From a virus, in the IMG/VR virus record IMGVR_UViG_3300049734_000491, positions 1 to 64,000 of that record: 64,000 nucleotides of DNA. One strand, 5' to 3'. The stretch's first letter is position 1. Each line of letters begins with the position of its first letter. The position numbers and the translations under genes are program-made. A model generated the notes under the pieces. It was not told where the DNA came from. It saw only the letters and a list, made by a program, of their open reading frames with translations, and did no database searches. Below are positions 19,454 to 27,217 of this stretch, piece after piece.

Positions 19454-19921
19454 TCAAGCCAGCGGGTTGTAGCCCGGAGGCGGGTCCTGTTGCAGATGGT
19501 TGTAGTGGTCGATCAGGTCTTGGACCTGCAGCCCTCGGTTGAGTTCGACCGTGCCGGACTCGACCAGTTCGGCGAGTTCGTCGATGTCGATGGAGAGTTC
19601 CTCTCGGTCCTCAGCCAAGTTCCGGTGCCAGGGGATGTACGGTCGATCGCAGCGGGTCGCCCCCACCCGACCGAGGCCGGGCACGGTGACGGGCTTGTAG
19701 CCACGGGTCGTCATCAGACGACCCTGCTCACCGGCCTTCTCGAAGCAGTCATCGCAGATGTTGAATGCGATGAAGCTCAGGTCGAGCGAGTCGTAGACCC
19801 GGCTCCCGTAGTTGCCCGAGGTCTGGCACATGACGCCGTCCCGAGGTTGGGCCTCGTACTCGTCCATGTCCCGGAGCAGGGTCCGGCCACAGATGAGGCA
19901 GGGGAAGGACTCGCTGGTCAT
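19454..19921 (-). CDS. Zn-finger hypothetical protein
   Basis: CLICG...GNYGSRVYD...ICDDC. Confidence 0.65.
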   Translation of the reverse strand: MTSESFPCLICGRTLLRDMDEYEAQPRDGVMCQTSGNYGSRVYDSLDLSFIAFNICDDCFEKAGEQGRLMTTRGYKPVTVPGLGRVGATRCDRPYIPWHRNLAEDREELSIDIDELAELVESGTVELNRGLQVQDLIDHYNHLQQDPPPGYNPLA

Positions 19922-20076
19922 GCGTTCTCCTCGATGATCTCGACGCCCCAGATCTCGATCGCGGGCTCGTATCGAAGAGTTACGGCTTTGATGAAGAGTT
20001 CCTGAGCCTCAGCTTCGGTGACGTGGTCGTCGTCGTAGCGGAGGGTCATCTTCACGTTGAAGATGGTGTGTTCCAC
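19918..20076 (-). CDS. 52-aa hypothetical protein (below the ORF-track cutoff)
   Basis: Promoter at 20110, RBS, GTG start, ATGA overlap with the next gene. Confidence 0.55.
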   Translation of the reverse strand: MEHTIFNVKMTLRYDDDHVTEAEAQELFIKAVTLRYEPAIEIWGVEIIEENA

Positions 20077-20163
20077 CGTGGTTGCCTTTCGTTGTGGTTG
20101 ATGTTGTGTAGTATAGGGGATGGACCCGCCACTGGCAAGTCCATCCCCCAGGAGGAGCTCAGC

Positions 20164-20346
20164 TCACATCATCCCGAGGATGAGGAGCGGCGAGCGGTAG
20201 CCGTGAGGGCACCGGCCGTCGGGCTCGACGGGGCAGCCGTCGAACGCCTCGGTGACGCCCTCCCACATGATCTCCTCGAGATCCTCGAAGTCGAGTTGGT
20301 TGACCCAGCGCCGCTCTTCGGCCTGCTGATCGGGAGTGAGTGGCAT
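20164..20346 (-). CDS. Small Cys/His protein
   Basis: DGCPVEPDGRCPHG motif; promoter at 20381. Confidence 0.65.
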   Translation of the reverse strand: MPLTPDQQAEERRWVNQLDFEDLEEIMWEGVTEAFDGCPVEPDGRCPHGYRSPLLILGMM

Positions 20347-20429
20347 GGTGGTTGTCCTTTCGTCGTGGTTGTTGTAGAGCAGTATAGGGGATGGACTGCA
20401 CGGTGTCCAATCCATCCCCTAGAGGGAGC

Positions 20430-20861
20430 TCAGTTGTTGAGGTGCTGGAAGGCCGCGCGCAGGGCCAGCGCCTCGCTCGTCTCGAGCAGGGTGATGATCT
20501 CCTGGATCTCGGCGAGCAGTCGCGGGCCCTCGTGGTCGGAGAACCCGATGGTGTTCCCCATGTCGTCGGTGCGAGCGAGCACCACCGGACCGTTCACGCG
20601 GAACCCAGCCATGATGCTGGCGATCGGGTTCGGCTGATCGGCGTAGGTGTAGAGGTACTCGTCGTCGTGCCAGAGGTCGGTCCCGTCGGCGAGCTGGTGG
20701 ATCTGGAGCGTGCCGGGGATGATCGACTTGAGGAAGTCGTAGGTGGTGTCGCCACCCTCCACGTCGATCGTGGCCGGCGAGACCTGCCAGCCAAGCTCGG
20801 TGGTGCCGTCCTCGAGGAACGTGACGGAGGGGAGCATGACGATGACTCGTGGGTTGGTCAT
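20430..20861 (-). CDS. DUF3846-like protein
   Basis: LWHDDEYL...PNPIAS...VNGPVVL; promoter at 20898. Confidence 0.55.
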   Translation of the reverse strand: MTNPRVIVMLPSVTFLEDGTTELGWQVSPATIDVEGGDTTYDFLKSIIPGTLQIHQLADGTDLWHDDEYLYTYADQPNPIASIMAGFRVNGPVVLARTDDMGNTIGFSDHEGPRLLAEIQEIITLLETSEALALRAAFQHLNN

Positions 20862-20932
20862 TGTGGTTGCCTTTCGTTGTCGTGGTTGTTGTCGGTCAGT
20901 GTAGTTGATGGATGGTTGACTGTCAAGTTGGC

Positions 20933-21181
20933 TCAGTCGTCCATCGGGGCGCAGTGGGCGAACAGGCGGTCGGTCAGCATCAGGTGGTCTCGGTACCGGA
21001 TCTCGCAGGCCTTGCAGTCCTCGAGCGTGCACTCGTCGCCCCATCCTGGGAGGGACCAGTTGTCGGCGACGTCGTAGACGTCATCGTCCGAGAGGCCCTC
21101 GGGCTTCCGGTCGAAAGCGAGCATGAGCTCGGTGGAAGCGAGGATGGCTCGGTCGCGGTAGGTGAGCATGAAGAGTGGCAT
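20933..21181 (-). CDS. Hypothetical protein
   Basis: Promoter at 21222. Confidence 0.55.
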   Translation of the reverse strand: MPLFMLTYRDRAILASTELMLAFDRKPEGLSDDDVYDVADNWSLPGWGDECTLEDCKACEIRYRDHLMLTDRLFAHCAPMDD

Positions 21182-21252
21182 GGTGGTCGTGGTCTCCGGT
21201 GTGGTTGTGGTTGTTGTGGTCAGTGTAGTTGGTGGTTCTCGGTCTGTCAAGT

Positions 21253-21537
21253 TCAGCTGATGAGCTCGATGAGACTGGTGGAGCCGGCCTCACGGGTCAT
21301 GGCCGGGATCTGTTCGGCGATGTAGAAGAGCTGGCTGGCAGTCATGTCCAGCGCCTCCGCGATCCGGTCCATTGTCTTGAGGGCCGGAGCCTTCTGGCCC
21401 TTCTCAATCTCGGAGATGTACGGGTAGCTGATGCCAGCCGCCGTGCCCAGCTCTCGCCGGCTGATGTCCAGGAGGACTCGGCGGAGCACGATTGCCTTAC
21501 CGAGGTTCTTGCGGAAGTGGAACTCTGTCTCGTTCAT
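21253..21537 (-). CDS. XRE-family HTH transcriptional regulator (leaderless)
   Basis: ISRRELGTAAGISYPYISEIEKGQKAPAL..IAEAL; ATG 7 nt after the -10 box. Confidence 0.85.
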   Translation of the reverse strand: MNETEFHFRKNLGKAIVLRRVLLDISRRELGTAAGISYPYISEIEKGQKAPALKTMDRIAEALDMTASQLFYIAEQIPAMTREAGSTSLIELIS

Positions 21538-21569
21538 GGAGGTCAGCATAGTCCTTGGTTCGTGGTCTG

Positions 21570-21806
21570 TCAAGTTGAGCGGTCCAGGTGGCCGCAGGCC
21601 TTGCAGCGCCGGCGATGTGGCACGCCGTCCCATGCATGGCACCCGCACCCGCAGGTGGCAGCACGGCGGTCGGCCACGATGCAGCCGGTGGGCCCGATCA
21701 TGTGGCTGGCATCGGGGACCACCTCAAACCATCGGAGGGCCCGCTCGAGGTCGGTGTTGCGCCGCAGGGTGCCGTGGTTGGTCACGAGGTAGTAATACCC
21801 CTTCAC
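21570..21806 (-). CDS. Small Cys-rich protein
   Basis: CGCGCH...CKACGH; GTGA overlap with the upstream gene. Confidence 0.5.
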   Translation of the reverse strand: MKGYYYLVTNHGTLRRNTDLERALRWFEVVPDASHMIGPTGCIVADRRAATCGCGCHAWDGVPHRRRCKACGHLDRST

Positions 21807-22000
21807 TGTGACACTGCCTTCCGAGTCTCTCGTTCGGCGTCCGCCGCGAGCTCGTAGGCGTGGTTGATGGCAGCCAGCATCCGGCGGCTCATCTCGCGGT
21901 CACCGTCGTTGTCCTCTGCGTTCTCGAGGTAGTCCATCCAGGCAACCTTGAGCTGCTCGGCGAGGATGAGGTACTTCATCTGGCGCTCTTCGGCGGTCAT
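21803..22000 (-). CDS. Hypothetical protein
   Basis: Promoter at 22034 plus RBS. Confidence 0.6.
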   Translation of the reverse strand: MTAEERQMKYLILAEQLKVAWMDYLENAEDNDGDREMSRRMLAAINHAYELAADAERETRKAVSQ

Positions 22001-22083
22001 GGTCGTGGTCCTTCTGTTGTCGTCGTTGTGGTCAGTATAGGGGATGGACCTGCCACGCTGCAAGTCCATCCCCTAGATCGTCC

Positions 22084-22413
22084 TCAGACGATGGAGGGGC
22101 TGTTGGGCCGCACCGACCGGAAGGTCGTGGTGGTCCCGATGGCCGCCCAGACCTCGGGGAACTCGTCCTGCACCTTCTTGGCCGACACGTTCGGACGGGT
22201 CGACTCGACGATGGTGACGACGACGGCACCGCCGTGGACACCGGCCGTGGCGCCAACGGAGTCCATGCGAGCGAGCAGTGCGCCGCGGATCTCCTTCTGG
22301 CGATCCTCGAGCTCCGCCAGCGTGCGGCGGATCTGCGCCAACTCGCTCACGGCGAGGAGCTCGGCGCCGGTCAGTTCCACCGTGGTGGGGAGAGGGGTCG
22401 GGGTCATGGTCAT
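22084..22413 (-). CDS. Hypothetical coiled-coil protein (paralog of 10455-10853)
   Basis: Promoter at 22456; KKVQDEFPEVWAA motif. Confidence 0.65.
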   Translation of the reverse strand: MTMTPTPLPTTVELTGAELLAVSELAQIRRTLAELEDRQKEIRGALLARMDSVGATAGVHGGAVVVTIVESTRPNVSAKKVQDEFPEVWAAIGTTTTFRSVRPNSPSIV

Positions 22414-22513
22414 GGCACTGTCCTTTCGTTGTGGTTGTCGTGGTTGATGTTGTTCAGTATAGGCGGTGGACTTGTGGAGGTCAAGTCCACCGCCCATAGA
22501 TCTGTGGCCGGCC

Positions 22514-22684
22514 TCAGGCCCGCCCGGCCCGACGGGCCTCGCGGCGAGCGGCGAGTCGATCGGCGGCGGCACCGCGGCGAGCGATGGCTCGGACCTCGGA
22601 GAGCCGGTCCCGACGGACCTCGTCCATCGGGGTGGTGAGAAGGTCGAGGGTGAAGGTGACGGTGTGATCGCTCTCGTAGAACAT
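22514..22684 (-). CDS. Small hypothetical protein
   Basis: Promoter at 22728 plus RBS. Confidence 0.55.
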   Translation of the reverse strand: MFYESDHTVTFTLDLLTTPMDEVRRDRLSEVRAIARRGAAADRLAARREARRAGRA

Positions 22685-22776
22685 GGTGGTCGTGGTCTGC
22701 CTTTCGTGGTTGTCGTTGTTGGAGGTCAGTATAGGGGATGGATTGGTGCCTGTCCAATCCATCCCCAGGAGCTCTC

Positions 22777-22935
22777 TCAGAGAGCTGCCACCGCCCGTTC
22801 GATGCGCCGCTCCTGCCACGCGATGGCTTCGGCCAGCCGCTGCGGGTCGGGGGAGTCACCGCGCATCTGGATGGTGACGAGGTTGAAGTGGCACTGGAGC
22901 GCGTGCACCAGCTCGTCGCGAGGGTCGTACTTCAT
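22777..22935 (-). CDS. Small hypothetical protein
   Basis: Promoter at 22970 plus RBS. Confidence 0.6.
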   Translation of the reverse strand: MKYDPRDELVHALQCHFNLVTIQMRGDSPDPQRLAEAIAWQERRIERAVAAL

Positions 22936-23018
22936 GGTCGTGGTCCTTTCGTCGTCGTTGTTGTGGTACATGATAGGGGATGATTCTCGATCGGCGCCAA
23001 TCGGATTCTGAGGAGCTC

Positions 23019-23177
23019 TCAGCCTGCGATGGCTACCTTGAGAAGCCTGTCGTACAGGTACCACCGGCTCCGGGGTACGGAGCGAGCCAACTCGTTCTCA
23101 GCCCGCTCGAGGTTGGTGAACCGCTGGCCGCGGCTGGAAGGGTTCTCTCTGTCCTTGATTTCGTATCGCAGCTTCAT
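23019..23177 (-). CDS. 52-aa leaderless protein (below the ORF-track cutoff)
   Basis: ATG 7 nt after TATCAT; MKLRYEIKDRENP... Confidence 0.55.
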   Translation of the reverse strand: MKLRYEIKDRENPSSRGQRFTNLERAENELARSVPRSRWYLYDRLLKVAIAG

Positions 23178-23268
23178 GGGGATCATGATAGTTCATGGTT
23201 TGTAGTCAATGCAAGTCGGCGGCCGGCCTGGGTGAGCTGGAGCTCAGAAATGCCGGCTGGATATTTTT

Positions 23269-23332
23269 GGGCAGGCTTCGGCCCTCCTCTCAGAGTCCTC
23301 ACTCCCTCTGAGCAGTTGGTCATCGTGGATCG
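23269..23332 (-). ncRNA. Candidate structured RNA, family A, copy 2
   Basis: Starts a few nt after the predicted +1 of the promoter at 23345; covaries with copy 1. Confidence 0.6.
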
Positions 23333-23399
23333 CTGTATGGGTACAGTATAGGGGATTATTTGTAAGCTGTCCAGCCGACCCCTGAGGGCCGGCCTAGGA

Positions 23400-23639
23400 T
23401 CAGCCTCGAGGTCCGGTCGTCATGATCTCCCCGGTGTGGACCAGCTCGGAGAGCTCAGCCATGATCCGGAACCTGATGACTCGGCGAGCCGCCACATCGA
23501 GGCGGTCCGCGAAGTCGGTTGTGTCCGCCGACGGGAACTCCGCGCAGAACTTGGCGAAGCCCTCGGTCATGTTCTTGAGGATCTGTTCGGCCTCGGCCAG
23601 GTCCTGGCGAGCCTCGAGCAGATTGAGCGTTGTGTTCAC
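23400..23639 (-). CDS. Hypothetical protein
   Basis: Promoter at 23676 plus RBS. Confidence 0.6.
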   Translation of the reverse strand: MNTTLNLLEARQDLAEAEQILKNMTEGFAKFCAEFPSADTTDFADRLDVAARRVIRFRIMAELSELVHTGEIMTTGPRG

Positions 23640-23727
23640 TGTCTGCCTTTCGTGGTTGTCGTGGTTGATGAGGTCAGTATAGGGGATATTTCTGAGACTG
23701 TCAACTCTAGCATGAGCTCGAGCTCAG

Positions 23728-23798
23728 AGCTGCCGGCGGGAGTCGAACCCGCGTCCCGGGCTTTGCAGGCCCGTGCCTCACCGCTCGGCCACGGCAGC
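23728..23798 (-). tRNA. trnC: tRNA-Cys (GCA), CCA not encoded
   Basis: Acceptor GCTGCCG/CGGCAGC, anticodon arm CGGGC-CTGCAAA-GCCCG, T-arm GCGGG-TTCGACT-CCCGC, discriminator U73. Confidence 0.93.
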
Positions 23799-23803
23799 GT
23801 GTT

Positions 23804-23950
23804 TCAGTAGGAACCCTTGCGGCACGCCTTGCGGGAGGCTTCCTTGCGCCGGTCCTTGAAGGTGTGCGCCCGCTGGGAGATGCGCTGCATCCGAACCTCC
23901 AGCCGGGGCGTCTCGAACTTCGTCGACTTCTTGGGCTTGCTCTTTGCCAT
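23804..23950 (-). CDS. Small very basic leaderless protein, probably co-transcribed with tRNA-Cys
   Basis: MAKSKPKK...FKDRRKEASRKACRKGSY; ATG 6 nt after TATACT. Confidence 0.65.
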   Translation of the reverse strand: MAKSKPKKSTKFETPRLEVRMQRISQRAHTFKDRRKEASRKACRKGSY

Positions 23951-24008
23951 AAGGGTAGTATAGGGGATGGCTCTGATAGTGTGCAAGTCGAGGCCGGCCT
24001 GGCTGAGC

Positions 24009-24293
24009 TCAGTCCCGGCTCAGCCGGCTCCGCAGCCTCGGCGACTGCTCGAGCCAGTCGGGGCTCTCGTTCAGCGGGCAGGGGTGGAAGTCGGCCCGAA
24101 CCAGCTCGCGCCCGAGCCGGAGCTCCACACAACCGATGCAGAGCATCCCGTCGCCGATGCGAGGGCCGATGCCAGTGAGGTCCCAGACCTCGTCCTCGAG
24201 CTGGTAGTACTCACCGATGTCCAGGGTGTTCACGCCGCAGTCAGCACACTCGAACTCGACGAGGGGGGCATTTTGTGGGTATGGATTGGTCAT
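24009..24293 (-). CDS. Zn-finger conserved phage protein
   Basis: CADCG...EYY...VW...GMLCIGCVELRLGREL..DF. Confidence 0.7.
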   Translation of the reverse strand: MTNPYPQNAPLVEFECADCGVNTLDIGEYYQLEDEVWDLTGIGPRIGDGMLCIGCVELRLGRELVRADFHPCPLNESPDWLEQSPRLRSRLSRD

Positions 24294-24323
24294 GATTTCC
24301 TTTGTTGATTACCGTATCCGATC

Positions 24324-24755
24324 ATGGAGTCGTGGCCAGAGAGTGTTCGGCTGTCGACCAGAGAGTGCTGGTCATGGCCCGTAGAGACTGCTTACCGTCG
24401 AGATGGCCGTGCCACAGCTAGTAAGCAGTACATCTATCGGCTGCTCTACTTGATGTTGGTTGATCCGGATTTGTCAGATGACTTGGTATTGCACCATTTG
24501 TGTGGCAATGCGTGGTGTGTAAATCCTTGGCATCTCATTACCAAGACTCCAGCCGAACATGCTGCGGAGCACTTGGCTGAGCGGAACGCTCGCCGGCGGA
24601 AGCACACCTGTAAGAACGGCCACGACATGGACGATCCTGGGAATGTGGGCACCTTCACTCGAATGAAGGATGGAGAGGCTCGTGAGGAGCGTTACTGCCG
24701 AGCCTGCCGAGCTCTTTGGAAGAAGCGTCGGCAGGCTCGTCAGCGTGGTCTATGA
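24324..24755 (+). CDS. HNH endonuclease inserted against the array orientation
   Basis: CWSW, LHHLCGNAWCVNPWHL, CKNGH, CRAC; lower GC. Confidence 0.8.
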   Translation: MESWPESVRLSTRECWSWPVETAYRRDGRATASKQYIYRLLYLMLVDPDLSDDLVLHHLCGNAWCVNPWHLITKTPAEHAAEHLAERNARRRKHTCKNGHDMDDPGNVGTFTRMKDGEAREERYCRACRALWKKRRQARQRGL

Positions 24756-25322
24756 GACCTTCCCGCGCTTTGCGAGGATGGCCTCAGCTTCGGCCATGGT
24801 GGGGTAATGCCACCCGTTGTTCTTGCTGCACACCGGCCCGTAGCCAGCGGCGAGCGAGCGGCGGTCCTCAAGGTCGGCGAAGCAGTTGATGCACTGCATG
24901 TACTCCCAGCCCCACAGGCGGGCCTGCTCGTCGCTCATCAGCGTGTCGGCCGTGAGGGTGCGGAGGCCCTTCTTGCCTCGGTAGAGCCAGTGCCAGTCGC
25001 CATCCTCGGCCACGAGCTCCTTGCCCACGATCTGGCCGGTGTTGCGGGTGGCGATGACTCGGATGATCGCACCGTCGAGCGGGCGGACGTGGAGGCCCTT
25101 GGGCGGGTCCTCGCCACGGTGGGCGGCGGGCAGGCGGGTGGCGGCCTTGGCCAGCACCTTCGCGTGCATGGACCGTGCGGCCGCTTCCTGCTTCGGCGAG
25201 AGCCGGTGAGTGTCGAGGTACTGACGGGAGAGGCTCTGGGCGAAATCCGACCAGGTCTGGTCGTGCAGCCAGTCGGCGAGCTCGTCGAGGGTGATCGTGG
25301 TCTCTGTCGTGGTCTCGTTCAT
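24750..25322 (-). CDS. DUF6011-like Zn-finger protein (leaderless)
   Basis: CINCFADLEDRRSLAAGYGPVC; FAQSL..Q..LSPKQ. Confidence 0.7.
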   Translation of the reverse strand: MNETTTETTITLDELADWLHDQTWSDFAQSLSRQYLDTHRLSPKQEAAARSMHAKVLAKAATRLPAAHRGEDPPKGLHVRPLDGAIIRVIATRNTGQIVGKELVAEDGDWHWLYRGKKGLRTLTADTLMSDEQARLWGWEYMQCINCFADLEDRRSLAAGYGPVCSKNNGWHYPTMAEAEAILAKRGKVS

Positions 25323-25376
25323 GAGGGTCAGTGTAGTCCTTGGTTCGTCGTCTGTCAAGTCAGCCTGTCCACCAGC

Positions 25377-25559
25377 TCAGAAGCAGGTGTCACAGGTGCA
25401 GTGCGAGCGCCGACCGGACTGGCAGCGGGTGCTGGCATCGTGGCTGGGGCCGAACGGAACGCGGCCGGTTTCGTTGGCCTTGGCTCGATCACGGTCACAG
25501 GTGGGGCACTCACCCTCGGGGGCGAAGACTCGGTTGAGGTAGTCCTGGTCGGGATGCAC
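25377..25559 (-). CDS. Small Cys/His-rich protein
   Basis: CPTC...PSHDASTRCQSG..HCTCDTCF. Confidence 0.65.
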   Translation of the reverse strand: MHPDQDYLNRVFAPEGECPTCDRDRAKANETGRVPFGPSHDASTRCQSGRRSHCTCDTCF

Positions 25560-25648
25560 GGTGGTCCTTTCGTCGTCGTTGTTGGAGGTCAGCATAGGGG
25601 ATATTTCCCGTACTGTCAACTCGGGGGCCGGCCAGGCCGGGCCCGAGC

Positions 25649-25801
25649 TCAGGAGCTCGAGCCCAACCGAGCCTCGGCCTCGGCGCGGGCGTCGGCGCAA
25701 GCCTGCCGAATCTTCTCGGCGAACTCGGCGAACCGATCCCAGTCGGCCTCGGTGCAGTTCTCCCAGAAGGCCGTTCTCTTGTCGGTGGCGGGCATGTCCA
25801 T
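25649..25801 (-). CDS. 50-aa hypothetical protein
   Basis: Promoter at 25840 plus GAAAGGA RBS. Confidence 0.5.
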   Translation of the reverse strand: MDMPATDKRTAFWENCTEADWDRFAEFAEKIRQACADARAEAEARLGSSS

Positions 25802-25909
25802 CGTCCGGTCCTTTCGTCGGTGTCGTGGTCAGTGAGGTCAGTATAGGTCATGGCTATCTGACCGTCAAGTTCGGTTTGAGCTCCAGCTCAGCGAGCTGGT
25901 CCTCGAGCC

Positions 25910-26341
25910 AGAGAGGCGGTGGGAACCCCGGGCCGGGACTGCTTCGGCGCTACTTCCCCGGCAGGCGTGCACACCTCCGGTTACCTCACGACTCGGTGGG
26001 CCCGTTCTCCCCGTTCGCTCCCCTTACCGTTCGGGCTCCACCACCTTCATGAGTCGAGGATTTTCGACCGTAGGGCGTTTCACAGCCGTACTTGCGAGGG
26101 CACCTCCGGGGTCCCGGAGTTCTCATCGCTTCTCTGTGCGTTGGCCGTGGGGAGATTTCTCTCCCCGTGGCCGGCGAGTTCAGCGGGAATGGCTCTGTGG
26201 CTCGCGATGCCACTCGGCTCCCGGAGGACTTTCGGGCGTGTCCCCACTCACCCTCGGACTATCAATCTGGCGACCACCTCCGTTCGGGGCACTCCTACCG
26301 CCGTTTCGACCGTCGTGCGGAGTGCTTTGCTGTTGTTGTTG
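25910..26341 (-). ncRNA. Candidate large (about 430 nt) structured non-coding RNA
   Basis: Perfect promoter at 26348-26376; no RBS-led ORF; long-range closing helix (26293-26302 with 25915-25924, extended by CCCCG/CGGGG); internal hairpins. Confidence 0.6.
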
Positions 26342-26372
26342 TAGAGCAGTATAGGGGATGGTTTCCCCGTTG

Positions 26373-26525
26373 TCAACTCGGCGGTCGGTGACCCTCGAGC
26401 TTCCTCAGGAAGCCGAGTCTCCGACTCCGCCGTGCGTCGGCGCTGCCGACCGTCCAGGTCTGTCGGACGGCCTCAGCCAACTGGCGCCGGAGCTCGGCGC
26501 GGTCGGCGTTGTAGTCGGCGCTCAT
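26373..26525 (-). CDS. Small basic protein
   Basis: ATGA-coupled to the upstream gene. Confidence 0.45.
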   Translation of the reverse strand: MSADYNADRAELRRQLAEAVRQTWTVGSADARRSRRLGFLRKLEGHRPPS

Positions 26526-26695
26526 GCCGACCGCCGTCGGTACTCGGCCAGCGTGATCGTGCCGCGCTCGTCGTCCTCGAGGACCGTGGCTCGGTCCCAG
26601 AAGCGGGACGTGCCGGTGTAGGTCCCAGCGGGATCGCCGGTGTTCCGACGACCGGTCCGACCGGCGAGGCGGGCGGTGGGTTCGTTGTTGTTCAT
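26522..26695 (-). CDS. Small leaderless protein
   Basis: ATG 7 nt after TATCAT at 26703. Confidence 0.5.
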   Translation of the reverse strand: MNNNEPTARLAGRTGRRNTGDPAGTYTGTSRFWDRATVLEDDERGTITLAEYRRRSA

Positions 26696-26857
26696 GTCGG
26701 TCATGATAGGGGATGTTTTTGGGATGGCGCAAATCGTCGGCCAGCCCTGGATGAGCTCGAACACAGCAAGTCGTTTGTGGTATCTTGACGTAGTGGTATC
26801 CATGCACTATCATGTACTACATCAAGAGCGGGGAGGGTCTCCGCAGGAAAGGGCAGG

Positions 26858-26995
26858 ATGTACGAGGACAGTCACCTCGAGGCGGACTACGAGGATCGTT
26901 GGATCGCTGACACCGACGTCGATGACTCCGATTGGGAGGACGACTACTCGGACCTGGCCTACGAAGGCAGCGAGCACGCTGAGTTCGACTGGTGA
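26858..26995 (+). CDS. 45-aa extremely acidic protein
   Basis: Own promoter TTGACG-17-TATCAT (26785-26813), purine-rich RBS, 19/45 D+E, followed by a GAAA hairpin at 27001-27025. Confidence 0.7.
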   Translation: MYEDSHLEADYEDRWIADTDVDDSDWEDDYSDLAYEGSEHAEFDW

Positions 26996-27087
26996 GGTGA
27001 GGGGGCCGGCCGAAAGGCCGGCTCCGCCGCGTCCCGGGACACCTCGAGCGGAGCTCGAGCTGCCGGCGGCGCGTTCGGGAATACCGC

Positions 27088-27160
27088 GGATATTTTTCCG
27101 CAGGTTTCGGCCCTCGCCTCCCGGTATCCCTCGCCGGCGGGTTTCGTCATCTCGGATCGC
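27088..27160 (-). ncRNA. Candidate structured RNA, family A, copy 3 (divergent)
   Basis: GCGATCC..GATGAC...GAGGGCCGAA.CCTGC..AAAAATATCC shared with copy 2; directly after the promoter at 27170. Confidence 0.5.
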
Positions 27161-27217
27161 TTGAATGTCAGTATAGGGGATGGACTTGAACTTGTCAAGC
27201 CCATCCCCGGAGGCAGC

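Noticed and set aside
25910-26341. tmRNA, RNase P RNA or group I intron
   Set aside because: Only fragments resemble them (CTCCACCA on the non-transcribed strand, GAAAGUCC, GAUAGUCC); no T-arm/acceptor pairing or correct element order could be assembled
26959-27204. 81-aa minus-strand ORF
   Set aside because: No RBS, overlaps a terminator and the plus-strand acidic gene, and coincides with ncRNA family A copy 3
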